A stretch of DNA of 64,000 nucleotides from an uncultured archaeon (GTDB lineage Archaea > Aenigmatarchaeota > Aenigmatarchaeia > QMZP01 > JACQNV01), in assembly GCA_964410585.1 (NCBI GenBank), contig CAYPFW010000001.1:32001-96000 (forward strand), given 5' to 3'. The translations under genes were made by a program, and so were the position numbers. The notes under the pieces are model-generated. The model was given only the letters and a program-made list of their open reading frames with translations. It had not been told where the DNA came from and did no database searches. Shown piece by piece: positions 28,016-37,725 of this stretch (its first letter is position 1; each line of letters opens with the position of its first letter).

Positions 28016-29668
28016 TTACATCTCTTCCAATGCCTCAATCCCCACCAAACCCAAGCATGTCTTCAAAACAACAGAAACAGCATCCACCAAAGCAAGTCTT
28101 GAATTCAAAACCCGGCCCTCGGCTTTCAAAACAGGGACACTTTGATAAAATTCATTGAATAGAGTAGCCAAATCAAAAACAAAGTTTGCCACCAAATGTG
28201 GCTGTAGGTTTTCAGCAGACTTTTCAACAAGTTCTGGGAACTCTGATATTTTTTTCAAAAGTTTTTTCTCTTTTTCCTCTTTCAAGTCTTGAGCTGAAAA
28301 CTTTTTCTCACCTGCGACAGATTTTTTCAAAATAGATTGAGCCCTAGCATATGCATATTGAATATATGGTGAAGTATCCCCGTGAAAATCCAGTGATTTG
28401 TCCCAATCAAAAATAATCAGCTTGTCTGGAGACTGAGAAATCATTGTATATTTTATTGCGCCGAGTGCAACTGCTTTAGCTATTTTTTCAACATTTTTTC
28501 TCTCAGATTTTTTTGCCTCTTCCAAAGCAAGTTCATACATTTTTTCTTTCAAATCCTCATACAGAATAACATTGCCCTCCCTCGAAGACATTTTTCCTGT
28601 TGGCAAATTCACAAGATTGTAAGAAAGGTGATATTCTTTCTTTGCAATTTCTGGTTTTGTCATTTCTAAACATTTGAAAAGTTGTTGAAAGTGTAGAGTT
28701 TGTTCAGCCCCAACAACATGAACTATTTTATCTGGTTTGTATTCCTTATTCTGAACTTCAGCAAGCACAAAATCTTTTATAGAATAGAGAGGTGTCTCGT
28801 CCTTTGTGAGCAAAACATACACACCAAGATTATGATTTTTCAAGTCAATCACAATTGCGCCTTCGCTTTTCTGAGCAATACCTTTTTTCTCCAATTCTTT
28901 TGCCAGTTTTATCCCAGGACCCTCAACCTCTGACTCAAAATAAAACCTATCATATTTTACACCAAAATCCTTGTATATTTCATCAAAATAATCCAAGCTC
29001 CATTGCCTTGTTTCTTTCCAAATTTTTAGAAGCTCTGGTTTTCCAGCATACAAATCTTTGTTAATTTGCCTTACTTCATCCTCCAATTTTTCATTTCCTT
29101 TTATAGCCTTGCTTGCTTCTGAATATACTTGTCCAAGCCATTTACCTCCAGACCCTTTTAGTTTCAAATTTTTCAATCCCCACAAACACTTTGCAACATG
29201 TGGTCCTATATCGCCTTGATAATTTACACGCACAACTCTCATTCCGGAAAACTCTAAAATTCTACAAAGCGATTCGCCTAGAGCAATATTCCTCACATGC
29301 CCTATATGAAAGGCTTTATGCGTGTTTGGATGTGCAAATTCAACAAGATATTTCCCTTTACTCTTCCCCTTTCCATACTTTTCTTTCTTTTTCAAAACAT
29401 CCTGTAGGACTTGTTCTCCAAAGTGTCCCCAGTCTATGTAGAAATTTAAGTATGGACCAAGAGGTTTGATTTCTTTCACGTATTTTGGTTTTAGTTTAGA
29501 GGAAAAATCTTTTGCAATTTCAACTGGACTTTTTTTGAGTTCTTTTGCTAAATCAAAACAAGGAAAAGACAAATCTGCATTTATATTTTCCGGCGGTTTT
29601 TCTATTTTTGGATTTTTGATACCAACTTTTTCTAACTCTTTTTCGATTTCTTGCTTGACGAATTGCAT
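28016..29668 (-). CDS. argS: Arginyl-tRNA synthetase
   Basis: HIGH, KMSSREG and YIQYAYAR motifs; ends in EEM. Confidence 0.95.
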   Translation of the reverse strand: MQFVKQEIEKELEKVGIKNPKIEKPPENINADLSFPCFDLAKELKKSPVEIAKDFSSKLKPKYVKEIKPLGPYLNFYIDWGHFGEQVLQDVLKKKEKYGKGKSKGKYLVEFAHPNTHKAFHIGHVRNIALGESLCRILEFSGMRVVRVNYQGDIGPHVAKCLWGLKNLKLKGSGGKWLGQVYSEASKAIKGNEKLEDEVRQINKDLYAGKPELLKIWKETRQWSLDYFDEIYKDFGVKYDRFYFESEVEGPGIKLAKELEKKGIAQKSEGAIVIDLKNHNLGVYVLLTKDETPLYSIKDFVLAEVQNKEYKPDKIVHVVGAEQTLHFQQLFKCLEMTKPEIAKKEYHLSYNLVNLPTGKMSSREGNVILYEDLKEKMYELALEEAKKSERKNVEKIAKAVALGAIKYTMISQSPDKLIIFDWDKSLDFHGDTSPYIQYAYARAQSILKKSVAGEKKFSAQDLKEEKEKKLLKKISEFPELVEKSAENLQPHLVANFVFDLATLFNEFYQSVPVLKAEGRVLNSRLALVDAVSVVLKTCLGLVGIEALEEM

Positions 29669-29748
29669 AGATAAGTATTAGAGGAAAGAAGATAAATAGT
29701 ATTTGTATGAATACGAATTCATAACAACGAACTTGAGTTCATTAAGAT

Positions 29749-30114
29749 ATGATTAAGTACTACGGTGCCCCAGACATAGAAGACAAAATAAAAGAAGTCA
29801 CAGGAAAATTAAGCCTTCTGCACATTGATTTTGAAAGGGTTTCTTGCATTCGAAGCATTGGTTCGAAAAGCAGGAGAACAATAGCACGCTGCCACGCGAT
29901 GTCAAGGATTTTTCAAATTGCACTGAACACAAAATCGCATTATGTTATTGAAGTGATTTCAGAAAATTTCGACAAACTTTCAGAAGAAGAAAAAACCAAA
30001 ACCCTCATACACGAGCTTCTCCACATCCCAAAATCTTTAGGAGGCGGCTTCAGGCACCATGATTTTGTAAACAGGCGAACAGTGGACCAGCTTTACCAAA
30101 GATATTATAAATGA
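29749..30114 (+). CDS. Small HExxH metallopeptidase-like protein
   Basis: LIHELLHIP...HHD. Confidence 0.75.
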   Translation: MIKYYGAPDIEDKIKEVTGKLSLLHIDFERVSCIRSIGSKSRRTIARCHAMSRIFQIALNTKSHYVIEVISENFDKLSEEEKTKTLIHELLHIPKSLGGGFRHHDFVNRRTVDQLYQRYYK

Positions 30115-30121
30115 ATACGCA

Positions 30122-30286
30122 GGTTTTGGGTACGGTAGCCGCCCAGAATTGGAATCTGACAAAGTCAGCTTCGGTATCCGTTCGAAGGCGGAAGTCGTGT
30201 CTCCAATTAGCTGTGTGAACAGTTAATTGTTCACGAGACATCTCTGCATCCATCTCTCAGGAGATGTAGACCTCGAAAAGGCTAGC
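30122..30286 (+). repeat. Composite structured element (family B enclosing module D)
   Basis: GGTTTTGGGTACGGTAGCC...GTCGTGTCTC...CACGAGACATCTCTGCATCC...AAAAGGCTAGC. Confidence 0.8.
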
Positions 30287-31353
30287 TAGGCATAACTGCC
30301 AACAATATCTCCTTTTTTAGAATCAATAAGCACTACAATCCTCTGCTTTTTTAAAAGCCTCTTTTTTTCCAAACAAATTTTCCAAATAGTTAAATAATCC
30401 TCCTTTATCGTTTCCACATTTTTCGAGAATTTTTTGTTATATTCTTGTATTTTACCATTCAAAACATCAGAGTCTATGTTTTTGATTTCAGACCATAGAA
30501 TCTTAGACGGTCCAAAAAAACTTCTGGCCGTTATAATAGCTGTTTTTTCCTTAATTTTTGGGTTAGACAGTGAGTTTATATAATCGCTATACATCGGTGC
30601 TAAAACACTCCTCGCTTTTTCTATTTCTGTTTTATTTTTCAAAAATTCTTTAATGAATTTTTTCACCCATATGTTTATTTTTTTATTTTTTTCTTTGGTG
30701 TTTTCATAAGATGCGAGATCCATATCAACTTGATGTTTTTTCAAATTTTTCCAAATGGAGTTTATTGTTGATTGAAAATCAGAGGGCAGAGTTATTGGAT
30801 AATCCCTGGAATGTTCTATAGTCTGGATTATTGATTCTGTCCATAAAATTATTCTATCATCGTCCTTTGGTATTTGAGAAATAAACCCATTGCTTACATT
30901 AACACCGGAAATCATCAAACATGCAGCTTTTGAAAAATGTCTTTTTGAGTCTTCAAAATCTTGTTGTGTTTTTGCTCTTACTAGTAATCTTTGAGACTCT
31001 TCTAAAAGCTCCTTCAGGTCACTTTCTTTCAACTTTTCTATTATCTCATCCTTCGGTTTATTGTTGATATACTCTTTCAATCCAAGTGAAATTCCTTCTA
31101 GGGAATAAAATATATTTTCGTCAAAGCTGAGGTTTTCTTTTATTACTTTTTCGGTTTTTGATTTTTTGGGTTTTACAATTTCCATAGTATCCTCTATGAA
31201 TTTTAAATCTTCCTTAAGATTCAGAATTTTTTTGTGTTTAAGGTTTCCAGCAACTTCTTCGTGAACAAGACTTACAAGTTCTAGAAATTTGTAGATATCT
31301 TTATCCTTTTTGAAATTTTGAACAATCTTTTTTTGGTCCTCAATTCCCCACAT
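30286..31353 (-). CDS. Hypothetical protein
   Basis: Long Lys/Glu-rich ORF; start uncertain (ATG 31353 or TTG 31386). Confidence 0.65.
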   Translation of the reverse strand: MWGIEDQKKIVQNFKKDKDIYKFLELVSLVHEEVAGNLKHKKILNLKEDLKFIEDTMEIVKPKKSKTEKVIKENLSFDENIFYSLEGISLGLKEYINNKPKDEIIEKLKESDLKELLEESQRLLVRAKTQQDFEDSKRHFSKAACLMISGVNVSNGFISQIPKDDDRIILWTESIIQTIEHSRDYPITLPSDFQSTINSIWKNLKKHQVDMDLASYENTKEKNKKINIWVKKFIKEFLKNKTEIEKARSVLAPMYSDYINSLSNPKIKEKTAIITARSFFGPSKILWSEIKNIDSDVLNGKIQEYNKKFSKNVETIKEDYLTIWKICLEKKRLLKKQRIVVLIDSKKGDIVGSYA

Positions 31354-31453
31354 ATATGCTTTTGTCCCAAAATCAGCCCTTTTCAAAAAAGGGCCGAACT
31401 CCCAAAGGAGTTACCCACTCGCTGTTGCTCGGGGTAACTTCCACGTTGTAAAC

Positions 31454-31536
31454 TTTTGATCAACCTTTTCTTAAAAGGTTGACAGGAGGCTAAAAAATTG
31501 CTCATTGCGATTCGCAATTTTTCTAAACGCCTTCCA
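31454..31536 (+). repeat. Intergenic element, modules A and C
   Basis: TCAACCTTTT-CTT-AAAAGGTTGA, then GGAGGC...GCCTTCCA. Confidence 0.8.
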
Positions 31537-31582
31537 CGCTTAAACTTCAATAAAATAACCTCCTAGAATTAATTGGCTCTCG

Positions 31583-32044
31583 TTATGCTGGTTCTGGAAG
31601 TTCTTTTTTTAAATTATGTATAACTGATTTCAAAACCTTAGAATAAACCTCATCGCTTGAATATTCAACAAGACCTTCAAGCCTAGATAGGTTTTCAACA
31701 CCTCCAATTTGCCCAAGCGAAATGATAGAGTCAATAGAGTAAAAGGAACTTGATTTGGCAATTTCAAACAAGAAATCTGAGAACCTAACATCTTTTGTAT
31801 ATCCAATGATCTCTAAAACTATACGCTTCTCATTTATTCCCAGTTTTTCATAAACTTGCCTAAAAGTTTGGAAATCTTTTTCTGATTTAAAATTATTGAA
31901 TATTGCTAGCAACCTATCTGAGAATTGCTGAACCCTTTTTAACCTTTCATCTGAAAGAGCCTCTAAAAAATCAAGAGTTAGAAAGTTTGCAGAAAAAGAA
32001 ACAAAATCTTTAACAAGCCCCTTTAAGCTATCCAACTGAGTCAT
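31583..32044 (-). CDS. HEAT-repeat-like hypothetical protein
   Basis: SIISLGQIGGVENLSRL pattern; start reassigned to ATG 32044. Confidence 0.55.
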   Translation of the reverse strand: MTQLDSLKGLVKDFVSFSANFLTLDFLEALSDERLKRVQQFSDRLLAIFNNFKSEKDFQTFRQVYEKLGINEKRIVLEIIGYTKDVRFSDFLFEIAKSSSFYSIDSIISLGQIGGVENLSRLEGLVEYSSDEVYSKVLKSVIHNLKKELPEPA

Positions 32045-32102
32045 ACTGTTGATAAACCTCTTTATATTATATGGATAATTAAGTATAAAAGTGAAGAAAG
32101 TT

Positions 32103-32468
32103 ATGAAAGTTTTGATAGATACTAACATGTTTTTGGCCCCAGAAAAATTCAAGGCTGATATTTTTTCTCAGTTGAGAAACCTTGGCTATTTGAAAATTTA
32201 CACTCTTTCCAAGGTTTTAGAAGAGTTGAAAAAAATATCCGAGAAAGGAGGAAAAAGTGCAAAGGCAGCAAAGATAGGCCTCATACTAATTGAAAAATAT
32301 GATGTCAGGATTCTAGAATCTTCTGGACATGTTGATAAATCGCTTTTCAGCCTTTCAGAAGAATATGCAATTTGCACACAGGACAAAGACTTGATAAGAA
32401 GGCTTACAGAAAATAGAAGAAGAGTCCTGTTCCTCAAACAAAAGAAGTTTCTGGTTGAAGAATTTTGA
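32103..32468 (+). CDS. PIN-domain protein (Fcf1/Utp24-like)
   Basis: VLIDTN, VLEEL, VD and TQDKDL motifs. Confidence 0.85.
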   Translation: MKVLIDTNMFLAPEKFKADIFSQLRNLGYLKIYTLSKVLEELKKISEKGGKSAKAAKIGLILIEKYDVRILESSGHVDKSLFSLSEEYAICTQDKDLIRRLTENRRRVLFLKQKKFLVEEF

Positions 32469-32507
32469 TTTCCTAAAACATATATTAGTTTTCTTCTGGG
32501 TTATAAG

Positions 32508-32573
32508 GTCGTGTCTCGCTTGTTCAATAAAGACACGAGACATCTCATCAACAGTATAATGGGAGATGATGAC
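32508..32573 (+). repeat. Intergenic element, module D
   Basis: GTCGTGTCT...AGACACGA-GACATC-TCATCA...GATGA. Confidence 0.7.
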
Positions 32574-32663
32574 TCTTCTTTTTCTAAAAGAAGAGGGTAT
32601 AACGAAATCTTTATAAATAGGTCTTGCATATAAAATAATTCGAACTTTTCAGTGGGGCTCTAT

Positions 32664-34652
32664 ATGGTTGTAATCGACAACAACATACTAATTGTTTTAG
32701 GGACATCAATTCTAGCCCTTGTTTTTGCTGCAATTTCTGCTTTAAGTGTTTTGAAAAGCGATAAAGGAACCCCAAAAATGCTTGAGATCGCAAAAGCGAT
32801 CCAAGAAGGCGCTTCAGCTTATTTGAAAAGGCAATACAAAATTGTTTTCGTAATTGTGATTGTCCTTGCTGTTGTTTTTGGTCTTGTCTTTGGTTTGGCA
32901 ACTGCGATATCATTTGTTTTTGGTGCAATTCTTTCAGCTGTTGCAGGATTTTTAGGAATGAACATTTCTGTGCGCGCAAATGTTAGAACAGCGCAGGCAG
33001 CTAGCAAAGGTTTGAAAAGCGCTTTGACCTTGTCATACAGAGGAGGCGCAGTAACTGGTTTCTCAGTTGCAGGTTTAGCCCTTCTAGGCAGCGTCTTATT
33101 ATACATAGTATATGGTGATCCAAAATTGATCATAGGTTTCACTTTTGGTGCTTCTTTGATAAGTTTATTTGCTAGAGTTGGTGGCGGAATTTACACAAAG
33201 GGTGCTGATGTCGGCGCTGATTTGGTTGGAAAAGTAGAAGCAGGCATACCAGAAGATGATCCAAGGAATCCAGCAGTTATTGCAGACAATGTCGGTGACA
33301 ATGTAGGCGACTGCGCAGGCATGGCAGCTGACTTGTTCGAATCTTATGTTGTAACAGCCCTTGCGGCAATGATACTTGGCTTAAGTTTAGGCGCTTCAGG
33401 CGTTTTATACCCACTTCTAATGGGTGGTGTTGCAATCATCGCATCAATCATCGGAACATTTTTCGTAAGGACAAATAATGAAAATAAAATATGGTCTGTT
33501 TTAAACAGAAGCGTAATAGTCACAGCAATTATTTCAGCAGTAGCGTTTTACTTTTTAACAACTTCACTGTTCAGCGATTTAAAATTATTTTACGCAGCTT
33601 TGACAGGTTTAGTAACAACTGTTTTGATTGGCCAGATCACAGAATACTACACAGGAAGGGATAGAAGACCAGTGAAAGAAATAGCAGAAGCATCAAAAAC
33701 AGGCGCTGCTACAAATTTGATCCGTGGCTTGTCAACAGGCATGATGTCAACCCTTCTTCCAGTTATTGTAATAGTTGCAGCAATTTACCTATCATTCTAT
33801 TTCGGCGGTGTTTATGGAATAGCGATTGCAGCAATGGCAATGCTTTCACTGACAGCTGTAATAGTTTCAGTTGATTCATTTGGTCCAATCACAGACAATG
33901 CGGGTGGAATTGCAGAAATGTCAAACCTTCCTGAAAAAGTCAGGAAAGTCACAGATGCTTTGGATGCTGTTGGAAATACAACAAAAGCAGTCACAAAAGG
34001 TGTGGCTATAGGATCTGCAGCTTTGGCTGCTCTCTCCTTGTTTGCAGCATATTCAGCAGAAGTTGGTTTAACATCTATTGATATGATGAAGCCAACTGTT
34101 GTTATCGGTTTGTTCATTGGTGGTATGCTTCCTTTCCTATTCTCAGCTTTGACAATGGGTGCAGTTGGTAGATCAGCTTTCTCAATTGTTACAGAAGTCA
34201 GAAGACAATTCAAAGAAATAAAGGGCATAATGAAAGGCACAGCAAAGCCAGACTATGCTAAATGTGTTGAAATTGTCACAGCAGCTGCTCAAAAAGAACT
34301 TTTGCTTCCTGGTTTGATTGCAATTGTAGCCCCTCTGCTTGTTGGCTTTGTCTTAGGTGTAGAAGCACTTGGTGGCCTTTTAGGCGGTTCGATAGTCACA
34401 GGTTTGCTTTTAGCAATCACAATGACAACAGGTGGTGCAGCTTGGGATAATGCAAAGAAATACATAGAAGTCGGCAACTTAGGTGGCAAAGGATCAGATG
34501 CTCACAAGGCTGCTGTAGTAGGTGATACAGTTGGTGATCCATTCAAAGACACATCAGGCCCAGCTTTGAACCCACTGATAAAGGTGTTGAATACAGTGGC
34601 TATTTTGTTCGCAACATTGATAGCTGCATACACTTTATTGCCAGTAATTTAA
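32664..34652 (+). CDS. hppA: Membrane proton-translocating pyrophosphatase, K+-independent signature
   Basis: [20 protein letters not shown] and [10 protein letters not shown] motifs; GNTTKA (Lys) signature. Confidence 0.95.
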   Translation: MVVIDNNILIVLGTSILALVFAAISALSVLKSDKGTPKMLEIAKAIQEGASAYLKRQYKIVFVIVIVLAVVFGLVFGLATAISFVFGAILSAVAGFLGMNISVRANVRTAQAASKGLKSALTLSYRGGAVTGFSVAGLALLGSVLLYIVYGDPKLIIGFTFGASLISLFARVGGGIYTKGADVGADLVGKVEAGIPEDDPRNPAVIADNVGDNVGDCAGMAADLFESYVVTALAAMILGLSLGASGVLYPLLMGGVAIIASIIGTFFVRTNNENKIWSVLNRSVIVTAIISAVAFYFLTTSLFSDLKLFYAALTGLVTTVLIGQITEYYTGRDRRPVKEIAEASKTGAATNLIRGLSTGMMSTLLPVIVIVAAIYLSFYFGGVYGIAIAAMAMLSLTAVIVSVDSFGPITDNAGGIAEMSNLPEKVRKVTDALDAVGNTTKAVTKGVAIGSAALAALSLFAAYSAEVGLTSIDMMKPTVVIGLFIGGMLPFLFSALTMGAVGRSAFSIVTEVRRQFKEIKGIMKGTAKPDYAKCVEIVTAAAQKELLLPGLIAIVAPLLVGFVLGVEALGGLLGGSIVTGLLLAITMTTGGAAWDNAKKYIEVGNLGGKGSDAHKAAVVGDTVGDPFKDTSGPALNPLIKVLNTVAILFATLIAAYTLLPVI

Positions 34653-34736
34653 GCTTTTTCTGGGAAAAAGGCTTAAGCCAAAAATAGGAGCCTAATTTTT
34701 TGCTCAGTTCGCTTCGCAAAAAATTTACGGCTTCCA
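34651..34736 (+). repeat. Intergenic element, modules A and C
   Basis: AAGCTTTTT-CTGGG-AAAAAGGCTT, then GGAGCC...GGCTTCCA. Confidence 0.8.
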
Positions 34737-34776
34737 TTATTAATTTTATAAAGAGTTATATCCAATTTCTTATATT

Positions 34777-35304
34777 ATGCCAACACAAAAAAAAACAACG
34801 ATACACTTTGTAATCACAGGTGGGACAATTGATTCTTTCTACGACGGCACAAAAGACACAGCTGTGCCAAGCGAGCACTCTATTATTCCCAGATTTATCA
34901 AAAGTTTGAAGCTTTATTCTGAATCAGAATTTACAGAAGTCTGTATGAAGGATAGTAGAAGCCTCAATCAACAAGACTTGAAAAATGTTCTGAAAGCAGC
35001 TGAAAGCAGTCCACATAAAAAAATAATAATCACACACGGAACCTACACAATGCCGGACACCGCGAAATATCTTAAAGCAAACCTAAAACGCAAAGACCAG
35101 ACAATAATTTTCACAGGCTCGATGATACCTATTCTTGGTTTTTCCCCTTCTGATGGACCTTTCAGCATAGGTTTCTCAATTGCAAAAGTTCAGGATCTGG
35201 GTCCCGGAATTTATGTCTGCATGAATGGCAGGGTTTTCTCCCCAGATGAAATAGTCAAACAGCTTTCAGAAGGCAGGTTTGTTTCTGTTTTTGGTGAGAA
35301 ATAA
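34777..35304 (+). CDS. Short asparaginase-domain protein
   Basis: TGGTID, THGTYTM and TGSM motifs. Confidence 0.85.
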   Translation: MPTQKKTTIHFVITGGTIDSFYDGTKDTAVPSEHSIIPRFIKSLKLYSESEFTEVCMKDSRSLNQQDLKNVLKAAESSPHKKIIITHGTYTMPDTAKYLKANLKRKDQTIIFTGSMIPILGFSPSDGPFSIGFSIAKVQDLGPGIYVCMNGRVFSPDEIVKQLSEGRFVSVFGEK

Positions 35305-36024
35305 ATTTTTCCCAAACCCGCAATTTTCCAGAAGCGGACACCCTCTGCATTCGGGCTCTTTTTTGCAAAACCTTTTTGCGTGCTCAACAAGAAGGGCGTG
35401 GTATTCTTGGTATAGTTTTACGTCTTTTGGTAAATTGGTTTCAAAAAAATCTTTTACTTCTTCGTATTTGTTCCAATTGGTTTTTGGTGATTTTTCTTCT
35501 GATGCTGAAAAACTTTTTCCTTTTTGTTCTCTTTCAGAAAATAGACGACCAAAAATTCTCCTAGTATATGCATCCACAACAAACTCAGGCTTTCCGCATG
35601 CATACAGAAGAATGGAGTCAGCTGTTTCTGGGCCTATCCCCTTGAGGCTTAGAAGTTGTTCCCTTGTCAAATTTTCAAATTTTTTATTCTGGATAAATTC
35701 TGAAAAAGTTTTCAGCTTCTCAGCTTTCTGCACAAAAAAACCAGAGGGCCGAATTACTTTTTCCAAATCTTTCTGCGGAATTTTCCTGAGCTTTTGTATA
35801 TCGATTAAATTTTCTCTGTTCAAGTTCAGAATCGCTTTTTCAACATTTTTCCAAGAAGTATTTTGGGACAAAATCGCACCGATGGCTACCTCAAATCTCT
35901 GTTTATCATTTTTAGGTCCGCCTGTATATTTTGGTTTTAGATCGCCTTCTTGGGTAGTTGGCCACCAGTTCTGAGGACCATAATCTTTCAAAAATATATT
36001 ATAAAATTTCAATAAATTTTCCAT
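35266..36024 (-). CDS. Endonuclease III-related HhH-GPD glycosylase
   Basis: LKGIGPETAD, VVDAY and C-x5-C-x2-C-x5-C motifs. Confidence 0.9.
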   Translation of the reverse strand: MENLLKFYNIFLKDYGPQNWWPTTQEGDLKPKYTGGPKNDKQRFEVAIGAILSQNTSWKNVEKAILNLNRENLIDIQKLRKIPQKDLEKVIRPSGFFVQKAEKLKTFSEFIQNKKFENLTREQLLSLKGIGPETADSILLYACGKPEFVVDAYTRRIFGRLFSEREQKGKSFSASEEKSPKTNWNKYEEVKDFFETNLPKDVKLYQEYHALLVEHAKRFCKKEPECRGCPLLENCGFGKNLFLTKNRNKPAF

Positions 36025-36033
36025 AGAAATCAG

Positions 36034-36105
36034 TGAGCCTGCGAGGATTCGAACCTCGATTAGCCGGTCCGAAGCCGGCTGTACTGTCCATTATACTACA
36101 GGCCC
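36034..36105 (-). tRNA. tRNA-Arg(TCG), intronless, CCA not encoded
   Basis: GGGCCTG/CAGGCTC acceptor stem, GCCGG-CTTCGGA-CCGGC anticodon arm, GGTTCGAATCC T arm. Confidence 0.95.
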
Positions 36106-36137
36106 ATGAATAGAATAGTGATTAATTGGACTTAAAT

Positions 36138-36605
36138 CTAAAAAACCAAAGCCTCGACAACCTTCGGCAAATCCATGGATTTCATAGAAACGGAAACTGA
36201 TCTGTCTCCTGCATTAAAATTAACTATATTGTTTTCAAAAATACTTTTATCCATATAAGTTTTTATTCTGTGCTCTTGTTTTCTTTTTGTGTGGCCAAAT
36301 GGTGGAACACCGCCTATTTCGCATCCAGTCTCTTCCAAAACCTCTTCTTGAGAAGCAAATTTCAAGTCTTTTGTGTTTTCCATTTGCTCGATTTTTTTGA
36401 AATCTATTTTTTTGTCAGCTGGAAGAAGAACTAAAATGAACTTCCCTTGCCTGGTTTTAAGGAGCATTGCTTTGACGCCTGTTTTGAGCTCAACTCCCCT
36501 TATCCTAGATGCTTCTTCACTTGTTTTGACAGGTTCGTGTTCGAACCTTTTGTATTCTATTCCTCTACTGTCCAAAGTTTGGAAAAGATTTTCAACAGTA
36601 TTCAT
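36138..36605 (-). CDS. YbaK/ProX aminoacyl-tRNA deacylase
   Basis: VKAMLL, GGVPPFG and FNAG motifs. Confidence 0.9.
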   Translation of the reverse strand: MNTVENLFQTLDSRGIEYKRFEHEPVKTSEEASRIRGVELKTGVKAMLLKTRQGKFILVLLPADKKIDFKKIEQMENTKDLKFASQEEVLEETGCEIGGVPPFGHTKRKQEHRIKTYMDKSIFENNIVNFNAGDRSVSVSMKSMDLPKVVEALVF

Positions 36606-37009
36606 ATTTTTTTGCTCCCCAGATCTTCAAAAAACCTAAGTAAGTAACCATCAGGATCCTGAACTAAAAATTGTCTGTTTCCCATTTCAACATTTTTCAC
36701 CTTGTACCATTTTTCTTCAGGTTCAAGAAAAAGGTTAATTTTGTTTTTTCTCAGCCTTCTAATTAATGGATCTATTTTATTCACTTCTATCTGAAAATTT
36801 ATTCCTCTCCCTAGAGGATATTCAAGTTTATCTGTTTTCCATTTTGTGCCTTCATCAATCATAATCTGCGATTTTCCCAAAGATAGAAATGCAAAACCTT
36901 CCTCTATTCTGGAATATTCAACTTTAAATCCAAGAATTTTTGTGTAAAAATTTAGACTTTTTTCCAGCTTAGAAACAGTTAATTCAGGAATTAGTTTATT
37001 GAATTTCAT
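36602..37009 (-). CDS. VOC/glyoxalase-family protein
   Basis: LIPEL, FYTKILGF, GRGINFQ and QDPDGYLLRF motifs; start reassigned to ATG 37009. Confidence 0.9.
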   Translation of the reverse strand: MKFNKLIPELTVSKLEKSLNFYTKILGFKVEYSRIEEGFAFLSLGKSQIMIDEGTKWKTDKLEYPLGRGINFQIEVNKIDPLIRRLRKNKINLFLEPEEKWYKVKNVEMGNRQFLVQDPDGYLLRFFEDLGSKKI

Positions 37010-37011
37010 AG

Positions 37012-37533
37012 CTAGCCAATATAAGAAACTGCCTTCTTTATCTCTGTTTGATGCTGCTCTACAAGCTCTTCGGACAAATAATAGGCAAGCATAAGGCCTG
37101 TTTCTATGGCCAATCGAGATAAATCCAGACAATAGAAAACAATTTCAGAGACCCCAAGTTTTGCCTTTGGTAAATTTTCCAAAATTGGAGCGTATTCAAA
37201 CTGGTCAGCTATTATATCTACCAATTCAGGCCCATCCTCTCCTGGCATATAAAATGTTCCTATGTCATATCCATGTTTTAAGTGTAAGCCAATAAATTCT
37301 CTTATTCCTTTTTCAACCTCTTTATCATGCTTCTTCGATTCTTTTAATGAGTTTATAAGACCGTTTGTTTGAGAAAACAGAACCTCAATTGCTTCTAAAA
37401 CTTTGTCTTTTGAGTCCTCATCTAGACAATATCCAAATATGTTAATCAAAATATTTTTTGTATTTTCGTCTACGTAATCAGGAATTTTGATGTTGAAAGA
37501 GCATGTTTTTCCCTTAATGTTATACTTAGACAT
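37012..37533 (-). CDS. Hypothetical protein
   Basis: 173-aa ORF in a tight minus-strand run. Confidence 0.65.
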   Translation of the reverse strand: MSKYNIKGKTCSFNIKIPDYVDENTKNILINIFGYCLDEDSKDKVLEAIEVLFSQTNGLINSLKESKKHDKEVEKGIREFIGLHLKHGYDIGTFYMPGEDGPELVDIIADQFEYAPILENLPKAKLGVSEIVFYCLDLSRLAIETGLMLAYYLSEELVEQHQTEIKKAVSYIG

Positions 37534-37539
37534 AAAAAA

Positions 37540-37668
37540 TTATCCCGCTGATTTCTTTAACACACCATCGCAATCTGGACACATTCCAGGATCCTTAAAC
37601 ATGCCTTTGCAGACCATGCATGCATATAGTGCTTTTTGTTTATCTACTTGTGGTTTTGACTGTTTCAT
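37540..37668 (-). CDS. 42-aa zinc-ribbon/heavy-metal-binding peptide
   Basis: YACMVC...DPGMCPDCDGVL; below the ORF-track cutoff. Confidence 0.65.
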   Translation of the reverse strand: MKQSKPQVDKQKALYACMVCKGMFKDPGMCPDCDGVLKKSAG

Positions 37669-37725
37669 ACATTAAATGGTCTTTGACAATTATATATTTT
37701 TATAATGGTTGGGCCAATAATTAAG

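Noticed and set aside
30122-30286. Structured region as SRP RNA, RNase P RNA, tRNA or a group II intron end
   Set aside because: I could not find their conserved motifs, and its parts recur elsewhere as repeat modules.
36034-36105. tRNA-Arg as an integration site
   Set aside because: No duplicate of its 3' end and no integrase seen in the window.
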